A stretch of DNA of 64,000 bases. Origin: Lepidodermella squamata (Eukaryota > Animalia > Gastrotricha). The notes under the pieces are model-generated. The model ran no database searches. It saw only the letters and a program-made list of their open reading frames with translations, and was not told the origin of the DNA. A program made the position numbers and the translations under genes. Location: assembly GCA_047495785.1 (NCBI GenBank), contig JBLDXI010000042.1, forward strand, positions 4,216,001 through 4,280,000. The letters run 5' to 3'. Below, one piece after another: positions 23,265 to 36,232 of this stretch (the stretch's first letter is position 1; every line of letters begins with the position of its first letter).

Positions 23265-26200
23265 TCATCCATTCACGACAGCCGCTGCATAAATGTTGAT
23301 GCAGATGAAAAAGAAAAACGAACACGAAAATGTTATCACGTCTACCATCCTTGCCAGAGAAATTCGTCCGAGTTTGCACAAATCGACGCTTCTCGACTGC
23401 AACTTAGGATAGATACGCAACATCGTGTAAATCACCATGTCGTAGACAGTAACCAGCCCTGTTAGGCCCGTGAACATCAGGATATACTCGACATACAAAA
23501 TACGCTGCGAGGTTTCGGGGACAGACTGTAAAACATCAGATTCCGCGACAATAAGAGCAAGCATAGTCGTCCCGCAGGACAATGCCCGATCCAAAACTCC
23601 GGGTTCAACTACAAACGACGCGAAAACCAGGGCGATCAAAATGTAACAAGGTACAGCCAAGTTGATCATGAAGTGGAATGGGTCCCTGGCGAGGTTTACC
23701 GTGAACATGACCACACTAGAGAAACCATTCCTCTTCTTTAGTGGCTGCATTTGGCCGATGAACTTCTTAGATCCAGTAACGTTCCAAAGATCGTTACCAG
23801 TATTGTTCAAACCTCCGATTAACGCACCGCCGAAATAGAGAAGATTCGGCGATTCGTCGATAACAAAGGTGAAGTCGCAACTTTGGGTATCAAACGGGTA
23901 CTTGCGCAAGTTCAGATTGCACTTCGAGTTGAACGTCCCGAATCTTGTCCAATGGAAAATCATCGTCCGATTCGGCACTGTTGGGTAGTAGACCATTTCG
24001 ATTTGTTCCGTGTAAGCCAGCCGGTTTGACATGTAAAGATCGCTAGTCCCATTCGCAAATCGAACCATAGGCAGCCAAACATCTTCTCGTTTTGCAAGGA
24101 AAATTCTTTCCTGACCCCAGATTTCCGATGCTGTGTAACTTGCTTCACAGCTGGTAACAACCCACTGGATAGTTATCGTCGCGAGAACAGAAATTAGATA
24201 ATTCATTGTATCGATTGTGTTAAGCCGTTCAATATTGAAGTTCAGGTAGATAGCTGTTCTGAAATCTGGGGACTTGACGTCCGGCGAGATGAATGGGCAA
24301 CCAGAGAGGTCGGTGAACTTCAAAATAGGAACCATGTTACCCTCGATCAGAGGCGGAATGGGGAAACCAGTATCCGTATCAAAACTGTTAGCTGCAATTG
24401 TAGAACTTTCTGGGATCCCCTTTTGTGACGTGGTCGAAACTGCGCCAGACTGGCCGGAAACTCCTTTGGCTGTAGTAGTCGAGGAAGAAACAGCTTTTGT
24501 CGTTGTGACTGTAGCTGAAGGTGCAGTTGTAGTAGTAGTAGAAGTGTAATTTGGCGCTTTTCCTATTCGGTAGAACAAAGCTTTTTCGATGCGAATGTCA
24601 GCATGTTGGCCTTGCATGCCGATGAATCGCAGGCGCGTCGCACCATTCGACATCATTGCACTCAGGCCGGGCGATGAGATGTTGGAAACGCAAGGATAGA
24701 CGTACATACCCGGCGCTTCGCCGGCCGGTATTACTAAAACCGTAACCTTGTCGCTCAAAGATTGGATGATCATGTGATACGTTGTTACTCCGGTCGGACC
24801 CAGGACGCCATAGCTACCACACGATCCGTTGGATCTAGCCAAGAAGTTTCCTGGGACATTTGTAGGGGCTGTTACAACATTAGGCTCGTAGGAGAGGTAC
24901 AAAGTCCCTCGTGCCATGATTTCTTGCCAAATTATCAGTCCATTAAAGTTGGAAACTGACGAAATGTTGGCCCATCCAACAGAAGCTAGAAAATATTATG
25001 AGTGAATACTTTCAGTATTATGATGTGTACTAGAAATAAGGACATTACGGTAAAGCCATGTTGAATCGGAAAACCCTATTCCAAGCCAGCCTTTATTCAC
25101 CCCATCTGTGGCGTAGTAAGACGTAACATCTACTTCTAACCTCCAGTCTCCAACAGAACCATAGGGCAGTAATATTTCTGACTCCAACCTGCCGAAGAAT
25201 CGCGGATCTCCCGCGGCGAGTTGATAATACTTAGGCTGAATATTGGCCCCTTGGTACATTGTAAATGAGGCGTTTGTTGAAACGTAATTGTTCGTTTTAT
25301 CGAATGAAGTACTCGGATCGTACTGTATGGTCACGTTTGATGCTAAAGAAAGTGAGTCGAGATCAGGTTTCGCATCATCGTAGCTCTGAGACAGTCGAAA
25401 TAGGTACAGCTTGGAGACCAACACGTCGCCGTATCCTCCCCTCATTCCAATGAGATTTATGACTAGTTGCGAGGTTGATGTCAGTAGAGTCAAATCGGGC
25501 AAATTGACTCGTGCAAGGCATACTACTGGGGGCGCAGAGACACGCACAGGCAGGGGCACGTAGGTGATCTAAAATGTCTAATAAACGAATATCAAGGATC
25601 ATTGTATCCGAATTTCCCTTTATTAGATCAGTGATCGCGTCTACTATCATTCGATAGGACGTTACTCCAGAGCTATTGAATAGATTAGGACTACTACATG
25701 CTGGCTCGGATGTAGCGTCAGCATTTCCAGGGACAGCGGTAACATTAGGCAGTTGGTTGGCTTCTAATGAGATGTACAACAACCCTCCAGGTTTCAGTTC
25801 TTGCCACAGGAACAATCCCTGATAATTTGTGATGCTAAGAAGACCGTCAACGGAAGGAGATCCTAATAACATTTCACATTAGAAAGTGTCTTCGGCATTT
25901 TTAGGTGACATGCCATAAGTTAGGTTGAACGGCGTTAGAGCTAGGCCAAACCAGCCGCCAGTATTGTTTTGCAGGTAATTAGAAGTAATGTCAATCTCAG
26001 CTCTCCATCCCGTCAAAGAAGTGATCTAAGAACTCAGCATTTTAGAGTCGGTCAACAAATCAAAGGTTCCTTACCTTAGGAGAAACTGAACGACCTTGAA
26101 CTACTGGCAGATTTATTTTTGTCAATTGGAACCCTGATGTCGTTAGAATTGCCCCTCCAGCGTTCGTGTAGGTACCATTCACGAATATGCTCGTATTAGT

Positions 26201-26403
26201 CAGGTCAAACGAAACAGATGGCTCGTAAGTCCAAGGACCCCTCCAGTACAGGGTCAGAGGCATTGAATTCACATCAGGCGCAGGTATGTTTTGTGCCACA
26301 GCTGAAAGAGATCAATATATAACGTCTGCAACAAGGGTAAAAATCAAATCTTACCCGAAATAGGACATGCAGTAACAAAATTCAGGATCAGGAGCGTCAA
26401 CAT
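23265..26403 (-). CDS. Cys-loop ligand-gated ion channel subunit with two tandem N-terminal beta-rich repeats and a Thr/Ser stalk (about 957 aa, 6 exons)
   Basis: Exons 26355-26403, 26075-26301, 25914-26025, 25618-25862, 25049-25568, 23265-24985 are phase-consistent (one GC donor, one GG or alternative donor). Signal peptide; VWLP; Cys-loop CNLNLRKYPFDTQSC; four TM segments. Confidence 0.75.
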
Positions 26404-27095
26404 GATCTTAAAAATTTTACATAATGAAAATAGCTGTTGGCTGACGAGCCAAACGAGCATTTATACCTGTTAATTATTGATGGCTAACATTTGAGCCCAC
26501 TCTGGCGAAACCATTAGCAAACGCGACAAAAGACTGAAAGGTAAGTTAACAGTAGGTTTCCTCGCCAGTTAAGGTCTTGTGATGGAAATCGATACAGACA
26601 CCAGGCGCAATCAAAAAGCTGGATGCAAATTTCATATGATGCTGAACTGTGGCTGGAGTTTTGAAGTCAATGTCAGAACAAGGCTTTGCATATTTAATAA
26701 CGTCAATTTGTTCATCTTCCCGTACATTCATCTCTCTAATATTGCAATATTCCAGACGTAAGTTTTGCCAAAACATGTTTTGATTTTGGATTCGCAATTT
26801 GAACTGCTGGGCTTCGATGCAGCTCAATTCTCAATTCTTAACTGTGATCTCGTATTGAGATTTTAAAAAGGCGATAAAAACTGAAATTGTAAATCGTTTT
26901 TACAATTTGGCAAGACGTTCCGGCACGTTGATTGTGTAACCATAGATATATGTTCAAACGAGATTGACTACCCGCGGAATGAAAAGATAACCAAGTAATC
27001 ATTCGTGCCTACATTTTATTCCGTATATCGGTGCCATAAAAATCAGTGTCATCATTTGGCGCAGTATTTCTGGAATTCCATTCTAGCTGGTATCT

Positions 27096-28729
27096 TTACC
27101 TTGGAACTAGTTTGACCCACATTCCGTCGACAGGAGTAGTCGTAAAACTGCAGAAAATTTCGAGTTCATCACCGGTTCTGGGCGTTTTAACAATGCGATA
27201 TTTCCTCAACATATTAACCAGGGTTAATTTAATTTCGAGCATCCCAAATCGCTGCCCGATGCAAATGCGAGGGCCAAAACCGAACGGCAGAAACGCCGCG
27301 TCACTTCTGGTCGATTTCGTTGGGTAATCGTCTAAAAACCGCTCTGGATGGAATTTCTCAGGATCAACAGGGCCCCATTGCTCCTCGTCTCGGTGAATCG
27401 ACCAAACATCGGCTTGGATGTAGGCGTGTTTCGGGATTCGAATTCCGTTGATCTCAGCATCTTGCATAGCCTCGCGATTGATGACAAGAGGAGCGACGGG
27501 GTAAAGACGGAGAGTCTCATTGATCACAGCTTCTAAATAGACGAGGGGTTGAACGGAGTCATAATCAGCCTGCTTTTTCGGGTCCGAGAAATGCTCGTCG
27601 ATTTCTGCGAGCAGTTTGTCCTGAGCAATCGGATGGTTGGCCAAGAAAAACGTGACAAAGGCCAGTGCATTGCTGGATGTCTACAATCAATAGCAATATA
27701 GGAAAATCCCGATACATAAAATCTCGTAAGTCTTACCTCGAAGCCAGCAATCATGAACAAGTAAACCTGTCCGATAATTTCTGGCACGGATAATCCCTTG
27801 TGACCTTTTAGAAGCTCTGGATCGGCAACTGTCTCTTCGAGATCGATCAGCATTTGAAGCAAGTCCTGTCGAGCTGGCGACCCAGATGCAGCTTTAAGTG
27901 ATTTTCTCCTAGACTCGATAATATCACGAATCACAGCCATAATCTCATCGTGCGTCTTCATCAAGCTAGATCCAAGAAGCTTGTTTTGTAGTTGCCCGTA
28001 TGAAAGCAAGAGTGGCGAGAGTTCAGGAATGACGAATCCAAGCTTGAAAACTACTGGGAAGTTGAACAGCTCCCTGAACATAGCAGTGATCTTTTCTAAA
28101 ACCGGATTGGCATCACTTCCACTAAATTTAGACCTAGCGCTGTTCAGCTCAATTCCGAACGCTGTCTCGGAAATCGTGTCTAGCGTTAGGAGTTTGTAGC
28201 ATTCGAAAACGTTGATTTCGCGCGACGAAGCAGCCTGTTGATCAATAAGCGCCATGAAATCTTTCTGGCATTTGTCAATCAGAGGCATTAGGCCACGTAA
28301 TTTTCCGGCCGAAAACATTGGATTGACAATAGTTCTGAGCCGCTTCCACCGTTCGCCCCTAGCATTGAACATGTGGACTACGTCTTGAGTTGTGTCCGGG
28401 TCCGTGTCGAGTGGGGTCAGTTTACGGCCGTGAAAGGTCGGGAACTGTTTTACGAATACCTGAGTGATCATGTTCACATCGCTTGTCACCAAAATCGCCT
28501 TAGGACCTTCGTAGTAGCCGAAAACTTTGCCATATTGCTTTGTCCATCTCGGCATGACGAAATGCCTAGTACGCTCATCTGACAGATCATTGAGATTTCC
28601 TAGCAGCCAATTCGGACTTGGGCCCGGTATTCCCTCTCGAGTGAATTCTTTGAAGCAGAAAAACTTCCGGTACAAGTAGAATAGCACAAACGGAAGAACA
28701 AGAACTGTTAGAATTAAAGTAACAACCAT
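27096..28729 (-). CDS. Cytochrome P450, CYP3 clan-like, 2 coding exons
   Basis: N-terminal anchor plus PGP motif; WKRLR; AGFE|TS across intron 27681-27736; ETLR; PERF; heme motif FGFGPRICIG. Confidence 0.95.
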
Positions 28730-29154
28730 CCTATACAGAAATAATAATAGTACACAGCTGATAAAAGTACCAAATGAAGTGAAAAGAATGATAGTACCCA
28801 AGCCGTGATAACGTCCGCATGGAGCGGGTCATATTTAATGCAACCAGGGTGAAACTAGATAATATTTAGCTTTCTTTTAATTCAACGTGAACTAGTCTGC
28901 GACATTAGATGCTACTATACATATGCGAAAATTCGTTCTTCATTCATTTTTGTATGCTGTTAGTGCATTTTATATGTGAGTACTGCATGCTAGCCGTACA
29001 GGTTTTCGCATGAAAAAATGTCCAGCGCAGCGAGATCAAAACGGCGCTTGCATGCGTCAATTCATCGAGGCCAACACGTGTATAGAAATAATCGGGGTCA
29101 CGAAACATTTGTATTATTTATCCGCTAGAGGTATGTTTTTTGTTGTTTTCAGAG

Positions 29155-31232
29155 TCAAGATTTCTCCGATAGCAAAGGCTTTTCTGGGTCCGTCAACCTC
29201 AATTTCTCGACTTCTTGCGGAACTTGTCTGCTTTCGCTGCGGGGATAGAAACAATTTTTGACGACGACAGTTCCAGGTTCAACATTTCTCGCCTGATTCA
29301 ATCCTCCTATATAAAATATCGTGTGATTGGTTCAGAATTGTGAAATTATTTATCTTACCAGTGAAAATACTGATGAGTATGGCAACGAGACCACCGAGCA
29401 ATAAGGCAATGAATGGGTACAAGTAAAAACTGATCGAAAAGAAATACTCAACAGCAGGATGCAAATGCTTGCTTAGCGTTGTCGAAATTGTTGTTCCATT
29501 GAAAATTGCCCCACTCGTTACATCCACAAATGAGGAATTTGGCGACGAGGTGAGTGTTGAATTTGCAAAAGCAGCTGAGATCTGGTTTGTGCAGTTCACA
29601 GTAGTTGTGTTTAGCCAACTTTGGCGGCCACCCAATCCCAAGCCAATCTGTCCCACTGAAAGGCATGCGCTGAAAACTGAGGCAGTTACCATCCCTGCGA
29701 TAATTCCTGGAGTATTAACGAAAGGAATCAAAATTCCAATTGTGAAAACGACGTCTAATGGAGTTCCAACCACGCTAACTGAAACAATTCATCTAAATTT
29801 CGTTTTAGAGTTCAAAGTCTTGAATCATACGTGTCGCTTTTCCAAGTTGCATTATGGAGCCTTTAAATGTCGAGAAAATGATGGCGATAAAGACGGACAC
29901 GACGCCAACCCCGAAAGACAGCAGTTTAATCGTTATCGCAACACCACGCTGGGACAATCGAGGGGTAAGGGGTTCTTTCAGCAGATCTTCCCATAGGATT
30001 GAAGCTATTGAGTTGTAACGGGTTGACATTGTGGATAGAGACCCGCTGAACAGTGCCGCAAACCACAGACCAAGGGCTCCGGGAAAGTCGAGTACTTCAG
30101 CCAGGTAGAACGTGAGCAGACCATTTGGGCTCTTCAACAAGCCTCCGCGAAGGGGGTCACAGCCTTGAAGCAATGTGGAGCAATGTGAAATTCTTATGCC
30201 TTATTTACTAAAATACCTTTTATCTGATAATGAGCAAACATTATAATAGCCAAGAATAGAAGCATCAACCTTAAAATGAAATACTGAGGGGCTAGAGACA
30301 TAACGACCCTATAAACAATTTCTTAGAAAATGTTGGTCTTTTCCATATATCTAACACACCCTATTGCATGCTTTTCGGAGGGTAGTGTTGAAAATCGTTG
30401 TAGAGATGACTGCGTGCTTGTGAAGACATTGGCAGCTAGAACCATTGCAGGCAAAACAGTAGCGTATATATCGAATAGGTATTAGTTAGATCGGGATTGA
30501 AGTCTAAAAACGTCAGTCTATCATACTCTCGAGCAACTTCTATCGCCCTAGATATTCCGCCTTCAATGCGAAATGTTCCGATGATCAGGGCAGTTAACAC
30601 CCCGCCGAACATAATCACCGCTTGAAGCAGATCAACGAGGACCACTGTTTTTATCCCGCCTAGAACTGTGTATAGCATAGTGCATGATGCTGATACTATC
30701 ACGCTGGCCCAAACTGGAATCGGCGTCACTGCTTCCAGGGCCACACAAGGGGCGAAAGTTACGAGCCCGAGGTGCATCGTCATCACCAAAGCGCCGAGGA
30801 TGCTGACAATCTTTCGCAGAATTTTCGAACCATACCTCAATTCGTAATAGGCATAGGCCGACTTGATTTCGAGTCGATAAAGCATAGGAATGACGAAAAT
30901 CGCACCTAAAACAATTCCAATGACCTGCCCAACAGTTGACATGAAGAATCGAGCCCCGCCTACGTAAAGCTCCAGCGGATTCGAGATGATGCTAGTTGCG
31001 GAGAAGAATGACACGAACAGCGAGGCACTCGCCGGGATTATGTGTAAACCATTTTTTGGCATAAAGTAGCTTCATAAAAGGTTAGTTAGAAATGACCGTT
31101 CCTAAGGTAAGGCTTCATCAACCTCTCAGCCGTTGTGACTTTTCCTCGATTTCGCCACATGCTGATCGGGCCGATCATCGCCGAAACGAACAGCAGTAAG
31201 CTGAATATGAAGTAATCTGCCCAGTGAAGCAT
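29155..31232 (-). CDS. SLC5 sodium:solute symporter (SMCT/SMVT-like), multi-exon, one apparent 1-nt frameshift
   Basis: MLHWADY start; ASLFVSFFSA; YYELRY; YTVLGGIKTVVLVD; QSSLQRF; GCDP; FPGALGLWFAALFSGSLSTMS. Frame breaks at about 30453-30456. Confidence 0.88.
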
Positions 31233-31462
31233 TTTTTACTCGATTCTTACTACATTCTGTGATGGACAATGGGGATTTCCTTAATAAAGCTATTATCTGA
31301 TAAGGCTTGAGGCTTGACTACGGCGTGGGAAAGAAATTCCCAAGATAAAGATGTTCTTTAAAGTAAGAAAACGTAAATTTCCCAAAACCGCATTTTTATT
31401 GAATTCGACCAAAACCTGAAATGCCGAGTTATATATCAATTCAGCGAGCTTGGCTGAACGTT

Positions 31463-31735
31463 TTACGCGTCGTAACAGCAGCAAGTGGTGACAGGACGGT
31501 AGTACTTGGCGACCTTCTGGTTCCACAGGCTGCACTGAAGGTGGCAGTCCTCAGGGCTCTCGACCCACTGCAGGCAGCTGTTGTCCAGGTCAATTTCAGG
31601 GTGAGCCTTGTAGTAATCATCAGATGCAGCCCAAGAATCGACTTCGGGTCCGTCGTCCTCAACGTTAAGCTGAACCTCGTCCTGAGCGCAGACGAAGGCA
31701 GCCAACAGAGCGAAGCAGATGAGCTGAACGTTCAT
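31463..31735 (-). CDS. Secreted Cys-rich protein with one CxxxC...CCC unit (family member 3)
   Basis: Signal peptide MNVQLICFALLAAFVCA resembles member 2; DDGP shared with member 1; PEDCHLQC...TCCCY. Confidence 0.85.
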   Translation of the reverse strand: MNVQLICFALLAAFVCAQDEVQLNVEDDGPEVDSWAASDDYYKAHPEIDLDNSCLQWVESPEDCHLQCSLWNQKVAKYYRPVTTCCCYDA

Positions 31736-34700
31736 TTTAGATGCGGGCTGGGATTTTGTAATTGCGAAAAGAGATTGGTATTAATAAAGACATTTTTCAC
31801 GCTTTTATAAGCTACGAAGCTGACATCTGATTAAACAAGACCTGGGAAACATCGTCGTCTTATTCGAGACGCGAAAGCATGTACTTTCAAGTACTTAGTA
31901 AGCCGTTGTTGTAACAGCTGTCCTGTTAATTTATTTCTTGGTCTCGAGGGCGGAGGAGGTAGCTCGCGACCGCCAACGGAGTGTGGCGCTTTCTGTCGCG
32001 AGTTTCAACTTGCTCGGAAAAATGGAGAGGAACGTCGATTTCGCATGATATTTTGTCGTGCATTTGCCTATGCCTAGCAGAGTTAGCAGTCCGACCAGCG
32101 ATCAAACTTAAATTCCACAAATCAGCATTCAGCATTCAGCTGAAAAAGATGCAAGCTTAGCCAGTCTGAAGCTCCCATAGGTTCGATATCCAATTTATCG
32201 CTGAGTCTTTCTCCAACACTGTATAAGAAATACGAAGCTGAACCTTGTCGTTGGTGGCGGTGAAAAATCTAAGATGGGCGGTACACGGCCCTGGAAATAG
32301 GAACATTGGGACATTGGGGCACTGGACATAGGGAAACTGAGAATCAACAGTTGTGACCACATCGGGGAAACATTCGTTCGATGTGGACTTTCATGACTAT
32401 TTTTATTGGCCGAAGAGCGTCATTAGATCTGTTTCAGTAGCAATCATCATAATAAAATGCTAGCTTGGCTACGTTTAGCCCTTTCATGGCCATGAGGAAT
32501 TCTGACTTTGCTTGTTCGCAGCTCAGTTAATTTGTCGAATTTTCGTGTCTCCTTTTTTACAGTTCTACTTTTGGATGTTGCCTAAAAGAATCTGGAACTC
32601 GAATTTCGAAGGTAAAGCCCAACATTTCTCTCGTAAATTTAGTCGACAATGGTAAGGAATTCCCGAACCTCAATACCTACTTGTATCAACAATGTTTATG
32701 AATCCACAAATTTCACTATATTTTAAAGCCCTCATTTGAATTTTTCGTACTGATGCTATCCACCGAATAAATCATTTAAGCTTTCATGTCAAAGCCTCGC
32801 GGAATATCATTAATTAGACTTCTTTGAAAATCATGGAAGGAGGATTTTGCGACGTAATTTGCGTATCTTTAAAAAAGGATTGAAACACGTTCATTGCATG
32901 CTTCGATGCTCATTCTGGCGTATTCAAGAAATTAAGAGAAATTTGAAATCAGTAGCTGAGAGTGCAGCCAGTAACGAGTGGAATAAGGCGTAACTTCTCT
33001 CGTGTGTTATCAAATTTCTGATTTCGTGGAAAGCCAGGATATATCAAAATTAGCCCCACTGAGTTTGATGACGCCATTCTGTCGAATCTGACGTCATACA
33101 CCCTACCTTTGCAATACGTTTCATTTTTTACTCCAAATTGGGCTTTTATTCCTCATCGTATTGCTCCAAGCAGGCAGGGTCGACTGCTGAAAATGTCAAC
33201 CGAAGAGGCAAGATCTGATCAAATTCTGACCGCTCTTTGCATCAGCAGAATCCACTAGTATAAACGCCGATAAAATTTTTGTCAGCCTCATATATAACAC
33301 TGGAATGAAGAAAATGAATATAAGGGCGCTTTCAGCCTTTTAAGCCTATTAGAGTATTTCCGAATGACTTGAAATTGCATACCATTGCAAGCATCATCAT
33401 CAGATCGCCCGACTCGTGATGATGACGTCAAGGAAGTCGCAGTGTCTTAAGATATTCCAATCCACAAATAGAATCAAATAATATCGGCAATTAACCCGGA
33501 CTAAGTTTTCAATCTCCTCGAATATCCGGTTACACGCCACATTTTGTCACGTCCTTCGCCCCAAAAATTGTGGGGGAATAAGTGAAACGCGCTCAGCTCC
33601 AAGAGTAGGCTGAGTGGGGGGTGTAATACGAGAGGGATGCATCCGTCCGCATTGACAGGTTGTAGCAAACTTTCCGGTGAACATTCACTTGGCTATTTTA
33701 TAGTTTGGAAAAATTATGATTCTATAGAGTGCAGAAAATGTTTCAATTCCATAGCCTGTTATCGTCAAGCTTTAGTAATCGCAATATTTGTCCGGTGTAA
33801 TGGTCGCCTAAAAATGGTGATAAAGATGTTCGCCGAAATTCCAGCTCATATTAGATATCGGAATTTGGAATAACACTAAAGTTCAATCTTACCTATATCT
33901 TTAATGCTCAGGGATTCTTCAAATTTGTGAACTTGAATATATTTTTATTTTTTTCCTTTGCTGAGACTGCCTATGCTTTCGGTCAGCAACTTTTTGACGT
34001 TTTCAATTGCCTCAATAAAAACGCGAATCCGCAAGAACGTTCACAGAAGTTGTGAAAAAAGTAGTGCCAAAATGAAACAAATGGCAGCGAGATTGCAACA
34101 GCATGTGGTTTTTTCAACAAGAGGAAGGCTGAAAAAACCACAGGCACACAAAGGCTAGCTATTTTGCCACGTGGACACGCGCACTTTTATCCTGCAAAAC
34201 CGAAGTATAATGACCCTTTGGTTTCTTCGGCTGGGTCCAAGAAAACAAGTAGAAAACACCTAAGCTCCCGGATCCTACTTCGCACACTGCTTGTTCTGAA
34301 CAGGAGCAAATGCGAGAGATTCTGGAAGCAATTTGGCGATTGCCTGGTGTTAAAATGCCCAATCTAAATAGCTCAATTATGCCGAACCCTTAGAATTCGA
34401 TTTCAAAATTTCTAATTTCTAAAATTGCATTTACCTATTGGCATTTGCCCTGTCTTTTTCAACATGGGGGTTTCCCTATATCTTGATCGGGAATCTAATA
34501 AAGGGAATAAAATTCGAAATTCGAATTATTGCACTCGGTTTACGATCAATATCAGTCATAAAATCACCGCAGAAAGCGTTACTCATTCCTAATAAGGACA
34601 ACGTGCACTGTTCTCATTTTCATATTTTTAGCGTAATTCACAAAATTCTTCGGAGTGAATATTCCGGAGAGAAGAAGAGACCTGCAACGGTCTGATGAGT

Positions 34701-35749
34701 ATCATATTCAATTTCCTTCGCGCGCGCGCACTGTGACGACGAAGTTTCTTTTGTTTGCGACCGACCCACGCCGTACTTTCTCGGCGTGGCTCATTTTCTT
34801 GGGTCTTTCCTATTTTCTTCAATCCTCAAAATGTCATAACAATATGGAAAATGCGCAAAATCCGACGAGAATAAAAGAAGCTAAATTTCATAGCCTAATT
34901 CAAGCTATATAAAGTTTCTGCGCGTCCTTTAATGAGTGCGCGCGGGCTGCGTATTGTTTAAACTTCTACTGAGTGAGCGCGTGTTTGAACGGAAATCTAA
35001 ACTTCGGACAGTGACTACGTAACTGTAAGAACGCCTGTTACGAAACTTTGGAAGCCTCTCCGCAGTAGTATGTGAAGGCACTATATTAGATATCTACAAA
35101 ATGCTCCCTGATCAAAATATGAAATGTGACAGGGTATTATGCTAAGAATTTCACGGGTGATGTCCCGATGGCTTATCGATAAAAAATGAAAAATGGGTGG
35201 AACTCTCCCTCATTCTCTCTTCCTTCGCTGTCCTTATTTGGGGGAATATAGTACGCAGGGGTAGCTACTGTCGATGCAATGCAACCTATTCCAGTTCCGT
35301 GTGCCCTTACAGGTAAATCAAAATGTACGCTCGTAGGTGTTGACTCCCAACAACACGTGTAATACAAGACAAATGTGGGCGAGCAGACGCTATTCAAGCG
35401 GTAGAAGTAGTCGTCATACATAAGCTATAATGTATTATTATTATTCGGCATACATACTATAGCAGATTTAGTATTTAGCAGCAGCCTTTGATGTCGCCAG
35501 TCATATGTAACGTAACACCATGAACGCCCACTACCCTTTGAGATAACAGAGTCTGAGTCTCAAGTCCCCAAAACGTGCCTAGGCGGCGATAGTGAAATAT
35601 AATCACGTTTATTGGAATTTTTGTCGCAATGTTGTTCTTCCGCTTATTTAAGCAAACACCGCTGGTATCAATTGCTCTTCCCAACTACGTTTCGATAGTA
35701 CATGTTTCGATGAGTAAATGATTAAATGACATTTCTATTATAATAGGCA

Positions 35750-36232
35750 ATGAGATTAAATCTCAGATTTACAACGTTACTCACTGCTGTTCTATTTTTG
35801 TTCGATCAATGTTTTGCCACCCGCAAACATTCTCAGCAACCGATTAACAGAAATCTCAGCCGACTCGTTCTGCAATTTATCCAGTCATCAAAAATCAGCC
35901 AACCTGGCGATGAGCAGCAGACCGAAAGGTCGAAAGAATTGATCGCTGTCGAGCTGGCAAGTTTACTTCAGGCTAGAATAGCGACACGCTGCTGGCAATC
36001 GAAAGCGCCAAATGCAGATTTCTGGTTCCAAGATGTGCTTCGAAGCATAGATAGATCTCTTTATTGTGAGATAGCGAATGATTCCCGAACCAGAAGCTCT
36101 CCGCTCACGTTTTCGTTGTGGCTAAAACTGCTCAGTGCAGCATCGCACAGACGACTTGTGACTTACGAAATAACGAAGATCATGGACGAGATAGCTGCGG
36201 AAGCTACATATAGATGGGAAAGAAGCTTATGA
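35750..36232 (+). CDS. Secreted cluster protein A (intronless subfamily), 160 aa
   Basis: Signal peptide; LLQARIATRC...LYC...SPLTFSLWLKLL; AATAAA overlapping the stop; paralog of C. Confidence 0.8.
   Translation: MRLNLRFTTLLTAVLFLFDQCFATRKHSQQPINRNLSRLVLQFIQSSKISQPGDEQQTERSKELIAVELASLLQARIATRCWQSKAPNADFWFQDVLRSIDRSLYCEIANDSRTRSSPLTFSLWLKLLSAASHRRLVTYEITKIMDEIAAEATYRWERSL

Noticed and set aside
29469-29996. 175-aa plus-strand ORF
   Set aside because: Antisense to SLC5 exons.
32157-32460. Coding-like minus-strand fragment, possible gene relic
   Set aside because: No diagnostic motif and no coherent exon chain could be built.
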